Shown in pieces: positions 49,720 to 62,950 of a stretch of 64,000 nucleotides of DNA. Origin of the DNA: Selaginella moellendorffii (taxonomy: Eukaryota; Plantae; Lycopodiophyta); assembly GCF_000143415.4 (NCBI RefSeq), contig NW_003314264.1, forward strand, positions 4,258,621 to 4,322,620, in the 5' to 3' direction. The position numbers and the translations under genes are program-made. Under the pieces are notes generated by a model that worked only from the letters and a program-made list of their open reading frames with translations, was not told where the DNA came from and did not search any database. How positions within the stretch are numbered: position 1 is the first letter of the stretch; the number at the start of each line of letters is the position of its first letter.

Positions 49720-52700
49720 TACTCTAGTCTAAAATACTGCCAAAGAAACAACTCTAGAAAAAGTGTGATATACCTCTGCCCACGGGGACATAGAGAGAGA
49801 AGTTAGAGGCCCCAACTCTCATGAGCAAAGAAACCAAACCCATCAGTAAAGTTTAGATAGATTATTGTAAACAGGCAGTTAGAATTGTTTACACGGTCAC
49901 GCCCTTTTAATGGAATAAAGAACATTGATAGAGAGGTAGGTGATGTGACCAGTCGACAATAGCTACCCCATGATTAGAGATTTCACCATGCACACGAAGT
50001 GTCGAAGCCAGTTTGTCTATACTGGCCCAAACGCCCAAATGAAAGATCAATACATGGATAATATCAAAGTCATATATTAGAGTCTTAATTATCAATGAAT
50101 AAATCTTAGATTAGAACACAAAAGTATTCCAAGTAAGTTATCATCCGATAAACTAGAAGTATAGTATAGAAACCACCAAGATCATCATAATTGATAAAGA
50201 CATGAGTCATTATCCAACAACATTCAATAGCAAGTACATCATCAAGTAAACTCAATGAAAAAACTTAACTACCAAAGATTGTAGATAGTATACCAAACAA
50301 CTTACCAAAAACATCTCAAGGAACACAAGTATCATTGACTGGCAAGCAAAATGCTCGCGAATGTATTACTCGAAGGAAATAACATCCAAATCTATTAGAA
50401 CTAACTCAAGCAACAATTAACAGAATAAAATGAATGTTGCAAAACTAACAAACATTCATTCATGCCAACTATCACACTAGCCAATCTAGATAGATCTTGA
50501 TCAATAATACTAAGGAAACAAAGTTGCTTAAGCAAGTGTTAGTAACATCTTATCGATATCTCAAACACAAGAGACAAATCCAAAGTAAACCATAAAGAAT
50601 ATGTGGTATTACGAAAAGCCATAAGCTATAAAAGAGAACAATTAACCATCATGAAAGATCATCAATCCTCCCATCAAAAGAGCGATGTATAGTCATTGTT
50701 GAAGAAAGAATCCACCATTCTGAAGAATGGCACATCATTCTACATTAACAACCAAACAAATCTTTTGATAAGGATAATCAACTATCCTAGACGATAGTCA
50801 ATCATCACTAATGATTGTTAGATGCAAAAGCCAATTTCAACGTCGAAGCTAACAAGCCAAAATGCCTTCCCCAACAACTTTTAACAAATGGAACAATGAG
50901 CATAAAAACTCAAAGAACCAAAATCTCGAAGAAGCCTATAGCCAAGTTTTGCCTAATAATGATCATGAGTCTTATTTGAACTAACTTCAATGCTAAAGAA
51001 GAAATCATTGTATAACCCACAATATGTAAGCCACAAATTTTTCTTTTCCATTTTGCCAGCTTACCTCGTCTATCTGTCCAACACTGCCTTGGCTTTTGCT
51101 AAGTTCCCTCGCCAAGGTTCCCGCCTATGGTACCAGCTCCTACTTGGTCCTACTTGGTTTCAGCTACTCACTGCACGAGCAACAAAGTGTTAGCCATCCA
51201 TCCACGGATTCCCAAATCTCTCCCAATCCCCCTCCCTGGGTTAGACTGAACTTAAGGTTCGGCTACACTCCCCACAAGCACAAGCAGCCAAGCACACCAA
51301 GCTTCCAGGTTCTTAACACCCCTTGGTACCACAAGACTTGATCATGGGACCCTCTAAATCCCAAGTCTTGGGTGCAACACTTGCTTCGGGATGCCGGGGC
51401 GAAACACCATGGCCTAACGGCCTAGTATGGGTACCTCTACCCCCCCACTTCCATCCCGAAGGGAAGGTCCAAGCCCCTAGGAAGGGCGAGGACCAATGAG
51501 CCGCATGGTACTCAAGTGGGGCACCACTCCACATGAGCCGGGAGCATCGTAGTCGGTTTCCCTTTCGGGAGTGGGAATTGCTCTTGAGCACTTCCTTGGA
51601 TGGCCCCTCCGGCACCAACCAAGTCCATGCTCATTCCCACCAAAGGCCCCTCGGTCCCAGTCCCAATCTCAAGTTAGTTTGGAAACCCCACTGGAGAGTT
51701 CCTTCAAAACTGATTCTTGGACCTCACTATCCCTACTATACTTTTGGAACCCTCTGCAGCCCCCCCCCCCGCCCCCCCCCAGGAGACGCATGCTTTGGGC
51801 TTTCACCCCTTGACCCGTATTAGTACTCAGACTCGGTCTCGGACTCGATCTCGGACCCGACTTCGGACTCGGTCTCGGACTCGATCTCGGACCCGACTTC
51901 GGACTCGGTCTCGGACTCGATCTTGGACTCGATCTCGGACCTGATCTCGGACTTGACTTTGGACTCGACCTCGGACTCGGTCTCGGACCCGATTTGGATC
52001 TTGGACTCTGTCTCGAACTCGGTCTCGAACTCGGTCTTCGATTCGGCCTCGGACTCGATCCCGGACTCTATCTCGAACTTGGTCTCAGAGTCGGTCTTGG
52101 ACTCGATCTTCGACTCGGTCCCATCCGATGAACTCTTTGTCATTTTAGTTATGCTTTCGGGGATCCTTTAGCCTACAACACCTTGGCGAGTTGGTTCCTT
52201 ACACAATATCCTCTTCAACACATCCAGAAGTGAAACTTCATAATGCAAAGCTAATGAAGAGCATAATTGCCTCAATCCAAAAGCTAAACATAACGAAGTT
52301 ATACTTAACAAGTGATCACCAAACGATCCTCGATGAATTTATCTATAGCAAGACGTAATTCACTAAATAACAAGCACAAGAAAAATCATCAGTGATCGAT
52401 ATATCTCAATTGAAATCCAACAGGGATTCAATCACTTCAATACTGATCGTTAATTCTTTCTCTCATAAAGCTAGCATAGTCCACGACTAAATCACTTTTT
52501 AAGGAAAAGCTCAAAACTCAACCCCTACTAAACAATCTCGTCTAGAACATAATTAACCTAACTTGCCACTAAGTTCATTAAAACGTCAATACAATTGTTA
52601 ACAAGCAAATGCACGAGTGCTGCTAACACAAAGATACAGCCCAAGTATCAACACTATTTGCATTGAGACTAATGAAACTCAATATCAATATGACGAAGAG

Positions 52701-54385
52701 ACATCTCATTTCACTCAAATCTCAACAATAATAATGTCAATGACAAAGCATCACTTCAATGCCATTAACACCATAATAAAGCTAGAAGAAAGCAAGAGTG
52801 AATCACCACTCAAAACTCCCTAACAACCAACCAAAGTCAAAAATACCTTACTTAGTATCCGAGACTAAACCTTCAGCAATACTTAGTTATAGATAACACA
52901 TCATCAAAGAGTGAATCATCACATCCAAGTCTCCATGAAATCCAATACTACGGACTAAACGCAACTAAATGATATCGATAGAGGTAGAATCGACATGCTA
53001 ACATGGAAAACCCATGTAAGTCTAACGACACAATCCTCCACAACACCATCCGGTAAAGCAAGCCTATCACTACTAAATTATCATCAAGCGAAGCAAGTGT
53101 CTAACAGTCCTTGACAAAATCTACAAGCAATCATTAATCGCAGAGCAACTAACAATCACTCTTCAATTTGCTTTCATAAGACCTAAACACTAAACCCACA
53201 TCATCAAGTCATATATTTGTCTAATATGAATGTAATACCCCAGATACAAGATAAAAGTTCATAGACAAACACAAACTAAATAACTAATCGAATCCAACTC
53301 AACTGCAATAAGCTCACTAATGTGTTTAGCTAATAGCTCTAAGCATGCCTCAAGAGGCTAGCTATGCATAATTAACATTTAGTCGAAACTAAAGTGAAGA
53401 CCATGAGATGAACTCATATTGGTACACAACCTTCTCATAAACAAAGCTATAGTACAGGTATCAACACCTCAACGTCAAACAACTAAGTTGAACATCATCA
53501 TCCTCAGCCAAGGTGCAGGGTTACCAAGACCAAGTGAAGATAAGTGAGAGCTTACCACTTTCATAGAGTCTAACAAAATGCAAAGCGCAACTTGCCACCA
53601 AGCACAATATTACAAAAGAAAGGCACAAGGGTCACCTTTCTTAAAAAAGTGCAACAGCCACTTTTTTTCACCAACTCCAGACTTTATTCAATTTAATTGC
53701 TTTAGCCCTAAAAGTTAACATTTCTTTTAGGTCGCATCATACAAACTACTTACTAAGATCTAAGCTAACCAAAGTCAACTCCAACCCCTTCACTAGTTTG
53801 TACTAGCTTATGAAAACAAAAAGGTTTTTTAGCAAAGTGACAACAAATCAACCATTGAAAAAGTCTTAGAAAATTTATGGAAATTTTTCCATCCTAGAGA
53901 AAGAATGACTCTCAATCCAAGAATGAAAACTTTCAAGACTCAACCAACTTCCTCATACTAACAACTTCATATAGGTTCACCTCAACACAAATTCTTGAGA
54001 CCCATAGTATGCTTAAGCATCGAACATCATGCCCATATTACCGATATCTAACACCAACATCTGCAAAATGCAAAATGAACATCCAAAGTTTAATCACGAA
54101 GACCATATCTTTAGATATCCACATTGCACTAACACTCTTCTTCAACCATCTTCAAGATCTAATGTGAAGCCAAAAGACTAACAAGAAAAATGATATAGAA
54201 AATCAAGATCTAAAGACAATTCCTCATCACTCAAAATAATAATGCCACTTCCACTAACACAAGTGCTAGCAATGCTAATGCCTTAACAACATAGTTTTTC
54301 CATTCAATAATCTACTCCAAGTACTAATGGATAAACCAACAAACCATAGCAAATAAATGCTATAACCCCTTCTAACACCTCATGG
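49720..54385 (+). mobile_element. Very decayed A/C-rich retroelement interior hosting the solo LTR
   Basis: Strong A/C strand bias, integrase-like KIISDR near 52385; no ORF. Confidence 0.3.
51025..52203 (-). mobile_element. Solo LTR (1179 bp) with TSD CAATA
   Basis: TGTAAG...CTTACA ends flanked by CAATA (51020-51024, 52204-52208); 6-nt-based minisatellite ~51825-52120; shares the promoter-core segment with the 6582 family. Confidence 0.9.
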
Positions 54386-54837
54386 AAGCTCTATTTCGTT
54401 AAAGTGGGAATTGTCATTATCCCACTTGTAAAATAAGGTTTCCAAACCTTTATATAGTATATAAATATAACAAAATTCAACTGCATTGAGGCACATGCCA
54501 TTTTATTTTAAACAAGGAAATGTCTACTCAATCACTTCTCCTCCCCCTGCCACTGCTTCACCTCTCTCTTCTCCTTGTCATTGTCGTCCAATTTCTTTCC
54601 ATCCTTTTAATATTGGCTCAATTGCTCCGAGTCTAGGTGGAGCCCAAGTCCCCATTCAATATTTACTTTCCCCTTATTAATAAAACAACTTCGTAGACTT
54701 CCAATAACATGCTGTAACACGCTGTAACACTTCTAGTATAATGCAAATCCTCTCAAAGAATTGTCTTTTAATATTAATACAATGGCATGGAACCCCATGC
54801 CATAATAAGTTACATTTTTAAATAAATACATGCCATC

Positions 54838-55730
54838 TCAGATTGTTATTTTTTGCCTCCAACGCCTATACAATAATCTTGGAATTTCATCACTCTCCAC
54901 ACTATCAGGATTTAAACCCAATAGTAATGCCATCTCTTCTCTAATATGTCCACGCTCATATTCAGTGGTCGAAGAACCCATCCGATTGAGCAGATTATGG
55001 AGATGCGGATAGTGCTTGGCTAGACAATATACATGCCATAAATGATGACTGGTGTCTGTCCGATCAAATGGCTTCTGATATACCGTTCCATCTGCCATTT
55101 GGTTGATTTTTGCAGCCACCTCCTGGACTGGCCGGTTCTCTATCACCATCGCTCCAAGCCGTTTTGCAAGGTCCCCCAGAACATACGGTTTCTTCTCCCT
55201 AGTTTCCATACTGCAAGAGATGGGGTGCACTGCATATGTGTGCATGTTCGCTGCAGTTTTAATCGGCGAGGTCATCGATGATGAGGATTTCACTTGACCT
55301 AGCAGTCCGGTTCATCACTACAGCCTCTGGCTTGACGAAGATGGGCTTGCTACCCCTCACATGGACCATAGTCAAGCAATCCTCCTGCGTTAGGAGAAAG
55401 TCAAATGGTAATATTACTCGCGTTTGATCGTGCATCATCTGTAGCAACGTTAATGCATTGTGGCGCATCATGGATGTCCAAACTCCCAATTGCAAATTGA
55501 ACCCGGCCCTCTATTTTAAGTGTCGCATGGTCATTATTAGATCCCGCAGTTTCTCCCGTGTGATTAATGTGAATCTATCTCTTTTGACCAACTTGCGACC
55601 GCAGGCTTTGGAGGGTGCAGTGACATTCGAGGACGAGCCACGCTCATGGGAGAAAAGGACACCGTTCAGATCAAAAACGATACAGTACCTTCGCCGTGAC
55701 TCTGAAATGAAATGCGTCAGCATAAAAAAT
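54838..55730 (-). pseudogene. FCP1/SCP (NIF)-like HAD phosphatase domain, DLNG subtype; one stop and one frameshift
   Basis: CIVFDLNGVL, LGVWTS..RHN, FLLTQEDC, KPIFVK, ILIIDD/SPIKT..N..YAVHP. Confidence 0.7.
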
Positions 55731-58223
55731 GGTACAAGTCAATTTTACCATCTACAATATTAGCGAATGGTGCTCCCGATGGTCGTTGAGAGGGTTTTGG
55801 TCGAGGAAACGTGAAGGGCGGAAATACTCTCCTCTGCAATGTGGGGTCAATCGCATCCGATGGCGTGTGGGCACATGCCATTTCAGCTGTAGACTCTGGT
55901 ACAACTGGCTCAACAGTGGCATGGGGTGGTTCCGATGGCGTGTGATCACACGCCATTTCAGCTGGTGCCTCCGTTGGCAAAGTGGACATGACCGAACAGG
56001 CAGCAGGGGCGGTGTAGGGAGGTTCCAACGGCGCGTAGTCAGACGATTGGGCACACGTTGAGTCCGTTGGAAATGAGGATACGACCGGCTCGGCGGCTGG
56101 GGCGGCCTCATGCGGGTCCAATGGCGCCTGGTCACCGTCAGTTGGATACGTGGACAAGATTGACTCAATGGTATGGGCAGCATCAAGTGGAGCGTGGTCA
56201 GCTTGCTTGGCGTTGATATGGATAGTAGCCTCCACCAGCTCTGATGACTCTTGCAGGCAAGTAGAGTCCACTGGCGGATCCATATGCATGTCCAAATATC
56301 TCCCTTCGATTGAGATGGTATCCTCATGTGCTACTAAAAACAAACTCATTAGCACATTGAATCGACTATACTGTATTTACCATCAACTGCTATTGAGGAA
56401 CTAGGACCGATATCACTTGGGCGCACTGCTGATTCTAAAGGATTGGACATACGTTTCGACCCTTGCTTGGCACTATCCTTCCTCGACACTAAAGGCTAGA
56501 GTTTGTATCTTAATTCAACTGAATAATCTCTACTTACCATTTGCTCTGCGACCTACATGGACAATGTTAGAAATGGTAAAAGGTTAGGAATGGATGTACT
56601 ACTATTTACCTAATGGTTTGTCTTGTATGACCTTCCTCCGCTGCTCTTTGGCCACCTCAGGCTGGCCATCGTCGTCATCATCGTCGTCGTCGTTATTGTG
56701 ATCGTCACCATTGTGAGGACCATCCAAGTCCTCTTCGTCCTCCTCTTCTTCGTCCTCCTCTTCTTTGTCCTCCTCTTCGTCCTTCTGCTCTTCCTGCTCA
56801 TTATCTTTCTCTGGCTCCTCATCCCCCTCCTGCATTTCTTCCATAGGCTGCTCAGGCTGGATGGCTTGTTCTTCTAGGACCATCTTGGGAAAATCATCTG
56901 GCCGAGTCTCCATCTCAAAATACAAGACATCCATAGCCTGTTTTAGTGCGTGACCTAGGACCGTATCCTCACCCGACTGTCTTAACATGGTTTCTGCACG
57001 TTCTTGCACCCTTCAAAGACGACAAGATGAGAAAAACGTGGCCCTGACTTGAAAAGCATCCCTCATCCATTGTACCTCTCCATTGAGATTGGGGAAGGGG
57101 AGTTCGCCATAGGAATCTGAGTCAGGAGGTGGTGACTGGCTGCTTTCACTCAGCCCTTGATCTACAATGAATGGCATGAGCACACACGCCATAACCGCGA
57201 GGCATTACCTATCATCTTTTCGTTGCCCTTCTTCCTTTTCAAATCAAACGCCTCTGATCCCGACGACTGTCCAATGTGCTTTCGCTTTTTATGACCACTG
57301 TCAGTTTGAGCTTGATCTGCAAGAAATGGCATGAGGACCCACGCAATAACCATGACACTTTACTTCCCGTCCTTGGAGGCTCTGTCGTGCCTTCTGCATC
57401 CTCAGGTGCTTGCTCCTCAATTCCCTTTCGCTTTCGTTTCTTATGCGCCCGTTCTACAGAAATAGCATGAGGACATACGCGATAAGCACACAAATGCTTT
57501 TACCCTTCCTCCTCTGCCCTGGTCGGTTGTCCATCTCTTTGTCTACAGCGTCTGAAAGCTGTTTTGCAGGTAGCCTAATTCGAGGTTCACGACGTCTCCT
57601 TGGCACTTGAACTGTATATTATTGCATCAACACATGCAACATCCCATAATATTTTTAAGTTACCTTTCATAAAGTTTTCCATTGGTTCAACTCGTTCCCC
57701 TGAAATACAAACTTAGATAAGTGCATGGGGCCATATGTCATGATCGTACCTGTTTCGGAACTCTCCTTATCACTCTCTGAGGCCTCCCCCTCCTCCACTG
57801 GAGGCACGTTGTTCCGTTCGATTTCCTCGACGCGATCTGCAAGAACATTAGTTAATTGCGTGGGGCCACACGCCATCAAACCTTCAGGTTCTTGTTGTGA
57901 GGTCTGCGCTGCTTGCCCTAGTCTCTTTGGAATTTGAGCTGCAAGAAGCAATGGCATGAGAATTCACGTATAACAAAAATGATTGGTACCTCTCGTCCGT
58001 TGTACTTGGCTGGTGCTTGCCTGTTTTGCCTTTGAAGAAGTGTCTCCTGCAAGGAATGGCATGAGACCACACGCCATTGCAAATATAATTTGTACCTCCT
58101 TTTTTCCTATTGCTTGTCTGTTTGTCCTTCTTCGACGCACCACCAGTGCGCTTTTCAGTCCTCGTGTCTGAATATTCACAACGATCTATAATCAAAATGG
58201 CATGAGGCCTCACGTGACCTTAC
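55731..58223 (-). pseudogene. Multi-exon low-complexity linker (Lys-rich mini-exons, acidic exon ~56600-57010, Pro/Ala-rich exon ~55731-56330)
   Basis: Series of GT-AG mini-introns; KKRKRK-type basic tracts; D/E-rich ORF 56602-57009. Confidence 0.55.
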
Positions 58224-60752
58224 CTTGTGCAGGTTGTGAGCTCGGCCCAACATAGGTATCTTCAACAGTAGCTGTTAACGCCGTTTCAGCATCTGGGGGT
58301 GGCTGCCGCAGTTGTACTCGACAACGCATTTGCCCTTGGAGTCGGAAGCAGGTGACCCACCCGCTATTGCGTTGAAGACCCAGCTGAGCATTTCCCATGC
58401 TGCACCTGGAGCTTTCTCTGGATTCGAAAGCTCCATAGCCGTCTTCAGTTCCTCAGGCACGGGTAAATTGACCTCCCTCAAATCAATTCGATCGGCCTTG
58501 TCGAACGAAGTTGGGAAGTCACTCTAGTCCCACTCTGCTGCAGGACCAATAACAAGGGCGAGTGTGAAGATGCGGACATTCGTCGGTATCTTCTTCTTCT
58601 TAGCCATTATCCCATGGATCTCCCGCATCTCCTTGCCTTTCAACCGAGCCTTCACCTCGTTCAAGGCCTTCCAGAACTTGTGATAGGATTCGGAGTTGTA
58701 GATCATATAGTGGACTGAAGATTCCACCTCCGCAAGTCCCACCATTAAGTCAATGATGGAGCTGACTTCGTCTGCATGAGTGATCTCCTCGTTTGTGAAG
58801 TCCATCACACAAAAGATGTTCTTGACCTGCTCATCTCCGTGGGAAACGATGCTCCTCCACCTTTGATCCTCATCCGAATTCACGTATACCCGATAAGGTT
58901 CTCGATAGGCCTCTGCTGCGGGGTCGAGCTGTTTCTGAAGCCGGCGGTCGACATCCCTCTTAATGAAATTTGGATACTGATCCAACTTCTCAGCTTTATT
59001 TTTTGTGGCATCCCGCAGCAGATCGATGAACTTGGGGGCCCCCTTCACGTACTCGTCGATGTCTTCATTTGACAACTCCAGCTCTTCCATCATCTCTTGC
59101 GTGGTGTCGATGCTCACCCTCTCCACGGCCACTTGCTCGAAGATCCAATCCTTCAATAGCGCACGAGCTCTCAGAGTCGTGCACAAGTCCTCGTATGTCA
59201 CAATATGGCTGGGAGTCATTTTGGTCTTGTTGAAGACTACCTCACCACGTAGAAGAGCATTAGCCACTGTCAAAAGGTCGTCGTCGTCTAGAGACCGCGA
59301 GAAATGCAAGGCGTTGAGCTTCAAATCATTAGGCTTCCGGCTGTCCTCCACACCCATTGAGTTTAGCAACTCCCCGTCATGGTACCTCCTTAGCACATCT
59401 ACCCATTTGTCAAAAACAACTTTTGTCGCGAGTAGAATGTTATGGATGCTGAGTGTGTCATTGACCCCCAGTGTTTTCGAGAGAAGACTCGAGAATTCCT
59501 GCAATGGAAATGGCGTGAGGCCACATGCTATGCCACATGCAACAAGGCTTATCTGCCAGGCGCTAGTTGCTAGTGCACGTCCTTGTCCTGGTTTTTGTGG
59601 CTTCTTCAGTTGAACCCAGAGCTTCCGTGTTCGTGCCAATGTCTCGTGCAGACCCGATTTGTAGCACGTTTCTTGCTTGACATTCTGCGTGTGGGAGATG
59701 TATATGATAGATCGGAGGGGCGAGTTGCCTTTTATCAGGTGGACAACTCTTGTCTTGAAGACTTTCTTCACCTCCTCGCCCACCATAATATCCACAACTA
59801 TCTCTTGCATCGCCAAGCTAGAATGCTGCCCGGAGACGGCATAGAACCGGATGTTCTGATCGTCCAACACCTTCCTATTGATCAAGTCTGGAAACCTCAT
59901 CTCGCCCTTCATTGTTCGGTAGTAGGGGATCACGTCTGCGATGTCGGGTGTTACTGGACTTGCCAGCATCTTCTGCTTCAGTTTCTCCACCCACTCATCA
60001 GATACTAGCCTGTGGTTGTATTTGCTTTGGATGTCGATGTGGCTCATGTCGATTATATATACTTTGTTGGAATAGTAACAAGTACTATTATCTGCGACGA
60101 TTTTTGCTGCCTCTTCTTGCTCTTTCTGCTCTTTGCGGCTCTTCTTTTTGGTGGGTGTAGTGTTCGAACCCGAGGCAATGGCATCACCGAGTAGCTTCTT
60201 TTTTGGAGCAGCAGAGTCGGACATCGACTTAAGCTTGACCACCCTTTTCTGCTTCGGGGTAGTTTCCAGATCGACCCCCTTCCCCTTCGCTTCGCGAACT
60301 GGAGTCACTCTCAACGGCTCAATGTTGGAATATAGTTTTTGAACATCGTCGTAGGTGAGGTCCGTGGATTCCATGTGATCTTCATAGACCCGCAGCGTCT
60401 TTGAAATTGTGGGCCTCCTGGACAACCTCTCCCTAGCTCCCTCTAGGAATTCCTCATAGCTGCTGCCCCCCTCCGGGAAGCCGCTAGGATGTGCAAGGTG
60501 GATCTTGAAGGCGGACGCTGTCTCTACCACAAGTGCCAGTCCATATTCTTGCATGGAACTGCATGGAGTGTCTGTCACTTGGATGAGGATCCCCATGCAT
60601 TCTTTTCTCCCACCATCTGTGTTGTACAGCCTCAGATCCTCGCCTTCCATCCCGAAAGTCCAACTGGTGAGCTCCTCCCCCTTCTCTGCATCCACATTGA
60701 CAGTGGCTGGAAGAAGAACGCAATTCCTCGCCTGTTCAGAAATGCACAACAA
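58224..60752 (-). pseudogene. ParB/Srx-like domain (~59660-60060) fused to a degenerate beta-class DNA amino-methyltransferase-like domain (~58260-58830)
   Basis: 742-aa ORF with YNHRLVSDEWVEKLKQKM and FYAVSGQHSSLAM; beyond a premature TAG (58524-58526) the frame continues PEKAP..WEMLSWVFNAI...VVEYNCGS. Confidence 0.6.
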
Positions 60753-61635
60753 TTAGAGCTAACAGATGAAAAGCTAGCAGCTGGAAATAACGTGAGGCCA
60801 CACGCCATTCACCACTGCATCAGATGTCTTGAGGCTGCATCCTAAGATGGCGTGAGGCTACACGCCATCTGTAACCGGACTGCACTCGAGAGCCCAATCG
60901 GTGCATGCCAATGTTGCTACTGAATGGCATGTGGCCTCATGCCATTTTCTACTTGGCCTAAAAGACTTACCATTTGAAGCCGAATGGAGGCGTGACAATC
61001 GAGGCCGGACTCGCTGGCGAATGTGCACTGTGTGTGCAGCGGATCGTAGCAGCAAGGCTACTCTGCCACTTACAGTTGGAGAGTGGCGCTGAAATCTCCC
61101 AGGACGCCAAGTGGGCTGCGTGTGGGTGGCAGAGTGGGCGGCGGAGTTGGCGGCGAAGTTACAAACTGGGTGTGTCTTGAAGTGGACGCCGATGCACACA
61201 AGCGCGATGCGAGCGCGAGTGTGATGCAAGCACGAGTGGACGCCGATGCACACGAGAAACCTGTAGAGAAGGTAGATGAGCGCGAATGTGAGCGTGATCG
61301 CGAGTGGGAGCGCGATGCGAGCGCAAGTTCGAAGCAAAATGCAAAACCTAACCTCACACGCGCGAAATGTCACAACGGTTGGTAATCCTGCAACGTCATC
61401 ATTCCTCGGACTTGGGCGCCACCATTAATTTCTGGATCGCCACGCGCATGCATGCACTTGAAATCCAAAAGAAATCCGCAACGTCATCATTCCTCGAACT
61501 GCATGCACGAAATCCAAAAGAAAGATCATGATTAGGATATCATTTAATACCCTCACTATATTTATACCATGCATGATTGGATATTCCAAAGCATCTTGTA
61601 TTTCCAAAAATGCCAGATGTTCAGCTAAATAAAGA

Positions 61636-62950
61636 ATGGTATACAATGTCCTTCTTGATGACCCTGCAAAGAAGCATCTCGATCGGACACCACATGAGAC
61701 CACACGAGCCTTACAATATTTCAGGGGAATTTGCCATAGATCCAACTGTTACTTTGCTCCAAGATTCTACAGTTTGGTGTGCATTGACCTTTCCATCGAC
61801 ACTGCAAAGGGACATCACAATCAGATGCGGGATCACAAGAAACCAACTTCACTAACTCTAGTTTCACCAAGATCTACGTAAGGAGTTATGAAATGAAAGG
61901 ACCCTCTCTATTGAAATGTGTTTATGGTCCTAGGGGCATTGTGACATATCAAAGGATTTTGCATCAAGTTCTGTATTTGCATGTTTATCAAGCTACTGAA
62001 TTGCTAAACCCTAAACCCTCCCTAAATATGTGGCAAATGCTGCGTGAAGAAAGATGCCCTTTCTGGGCAAATGCTGTAAGAGGCAGATGCCGAGCAGTTA
62101 CACGGCGAATAATCTTGGCGCGGATCGCTGACATGGCATGGCAAAGTTCGAATCACTGACATGGCACAGCTGGATCGAGGCAAGGACATGATGTGACAAA
62201 GTTCAACGTCCAACAGCAAAGTCTAGAAGCTACTCAGTTTGAAATTTGTCAGAGGAATTATAAGATCTGGTTTGTCAGAGGATTTAATGTGACGTTCAAG
62301 CGTGTGGGCTCATGCAATTTTGATCCCAAAAAATGCACCAAAAAATGCTCGGCGTTAACTTTTGAATGGCGTGGGGCCGCATGCCATTTTAAGGGGCACA
62401 TAGAAGTATATTCCTAGAATATTCTGACACGTGCGAGATTTTTTTGAGTTTTCTGGAGATCCAACCGTTAGATCGCAACTAGATTTTACAGAATGGTATA
62501 CAATGTCTTTCTTGATGACTCTGCAAAGAAGCATCTCGATCAGACACCACATGAGACCACACGAGCCTTACAATGTTTCAGGGGCATTTGCCATAGATCC
62601 GACTGTTATTTTGCTCCAAGATTCTACAGTTTGGTGTGCATTGACCTTTCCATCGACACTGCAAAGGGACATCACAATTAGATGCGGGATCACAAGAAAC
62701 CAACTTCACTAACTCTGGTTTCACCAAAATCTATGTAAGGAGTTATGAAATGAAAGGACCCTCTCTATTGAAATGTGTTTATGGTCCTAGGGGCATTGTG
62801 ACATATCAAAGGATTTTGCATCAAGTTCTGTATTTGCATGTTTATCAAGCTACTGAATTGCTAAACCCTAAACCCTAAACATGTGGCAAATGCTGCGTGA
62901 AGAAAGATGCCCTTTCTGGGCAAATGCTGTAAGAGGCAGATGCCGAGCAG
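61636..62950 (+). repeat. ~460-bp direct duplication (61636-~62095 and 62493-~62950), each with telomere-type CCCTAAA repeats; further duplicated blocks ~62100-62390 versus ~63216-63555
   Basis: Near-identical sequence; CTAAACCCTAAACCCT at 62004 and 62861. Confidence 0.9.

Noticed and set aside
62004-62880. True telomere
   Set aside because: Only 2-3 units, internal to a duplicated segment
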